A stretch of DNA of 64,000 nt, taken from positions 17,519-81,518 of the forward strand of contig CAZCCH010000002.1 in the NCBI GenBank assembly GCA_964497315.1. Direction: 5' to 3'. This DNA comes from an uncultured Planctomycetia bacterium. Lineage in GTDB: Bacteria > Omnitrophota > Gorgyraeia > Taenaricolales > CAZCCH01. Below, in pieces: positions 63,921-64,000 of the stretch. Position numbers and translations under genes: made by a program. Below the pieces are notes generated by a model. That model searched no databases. It saw only the letters and a list, made by a program, of their open reading frames with translations, and was not told the DNA's origin. The first letter of the stretch is position 1; every line of letters begins with the position of its first letter.

Positions 63921-64000
63921 ATAATTTTAAATTGCCGAATCTTCACACCGCTAAAAGTAGACTGAGTAACTGATTCTAATTTGATTTCTTTAAACCCTTC

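Noticed and set aside
1-64000. CRISPR arrays, rRNA genes, IS elements and transposases.
   Set aside because: I scanned for regularly spaced short direct repeats, rRNA-like conserved blocks, and DDE or tyrosine or serine recombinase motifs, and found none. The only repeat families present are those reported above.

Overview
This is a low-GC (about 35-43%) bacterial chromosomal segment, with every gene except one accessory cluster on the minus strand. Layout, left to right:

- **dcw cluster (1-14.5 kb):** a complete division/cell-wall cluster in canonical order (mraZ, rsmH, ftsL, ftsI, murE, murF, mraY, murD, ftsW, murG, murC, murB, ddl, then a partial ftsQ at the left edge). Its Pmra promoter and a triple GTGG MraZ operator are readable in the sequence.
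- **14.9-16.6 kb:** an RNase P RNA gene (rnpB) that abuts rnhA, a zinc-ribbon protein gene, and a tRNA-Val(CAC)/tRNA-Met(CAT) pair with a textbook TTTACA-17-TATAAT promoter.
- **16.5-24.4 kb (most unusual region):** two giant genes of about 50-57% GC, compositionally foreign, encoding multi-domain proteins of 1378 aa and 858 aa. Both have N-terminal signal or anchor sequences. The first carries HEAT repeats, an HExxH motif and a C-terminal receiver (REC) domain. They share a recurring in-frame [AP]RFTEQDG motif that is written as a 21-bp near-identical DNA repeat, a homologous C-terminal domain, and a conserved upstream module (putative promoter plus an AAAATCTAGATTTT palindrome). Each is preceded in gene orientation by a copy of the tRNA-Met promoter plus tRNA 5' region. 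The second copy is a truncated pseudo-tRNA followed by a hairpin and T-tract. This looks like tandem accretion or duplication of cassettes at the tRNA-Met locus.
- **24.4-29.4 kb:** rpoD (with a highly basic N-terminal tail of about 70 aa), dnaG, a NIF3-family gene and cvpA.
- **29.8-41.7 kb:** a complete type II secretion system, gspE through gspM plus an ExeA-like ATPase, a GspB/PilP-like protein and a secretin carrying a TonB-C-like C-terminal extension. A mini MerR HTH gene sits inside the operon.
- **43.1-52.3 kb (plus strand):** an AT-rich (about 30% GC) surface-glycan or lipid-modification cluster. It encodes two GT2 enzymes, a GT-C (PMT/ArnT-like) enzyme, a B12-binding radical SAM protein, a cytidylyltransferase-like nucleotidyltransferase, a CDP-alcohol phosphatidyltransferase, two SAM methyltransferases and a flippase.
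- **52.2-64 kb:** rsmE, then a signal-peptide-bearing MEMO (AmmeMemoRadiSam B) plus AMMECR1 fusion, tRNA-Ala(CGC), and a type IVa pilus cluster (pilT, a standalone MshEN c-di-GMP-binding protein, three tandem pilin paralogs, pilC, pilB, pilQ, and PilP-like and PilO-like genes).

No CRISPR array, transposase or integrase gene was seen in the window.
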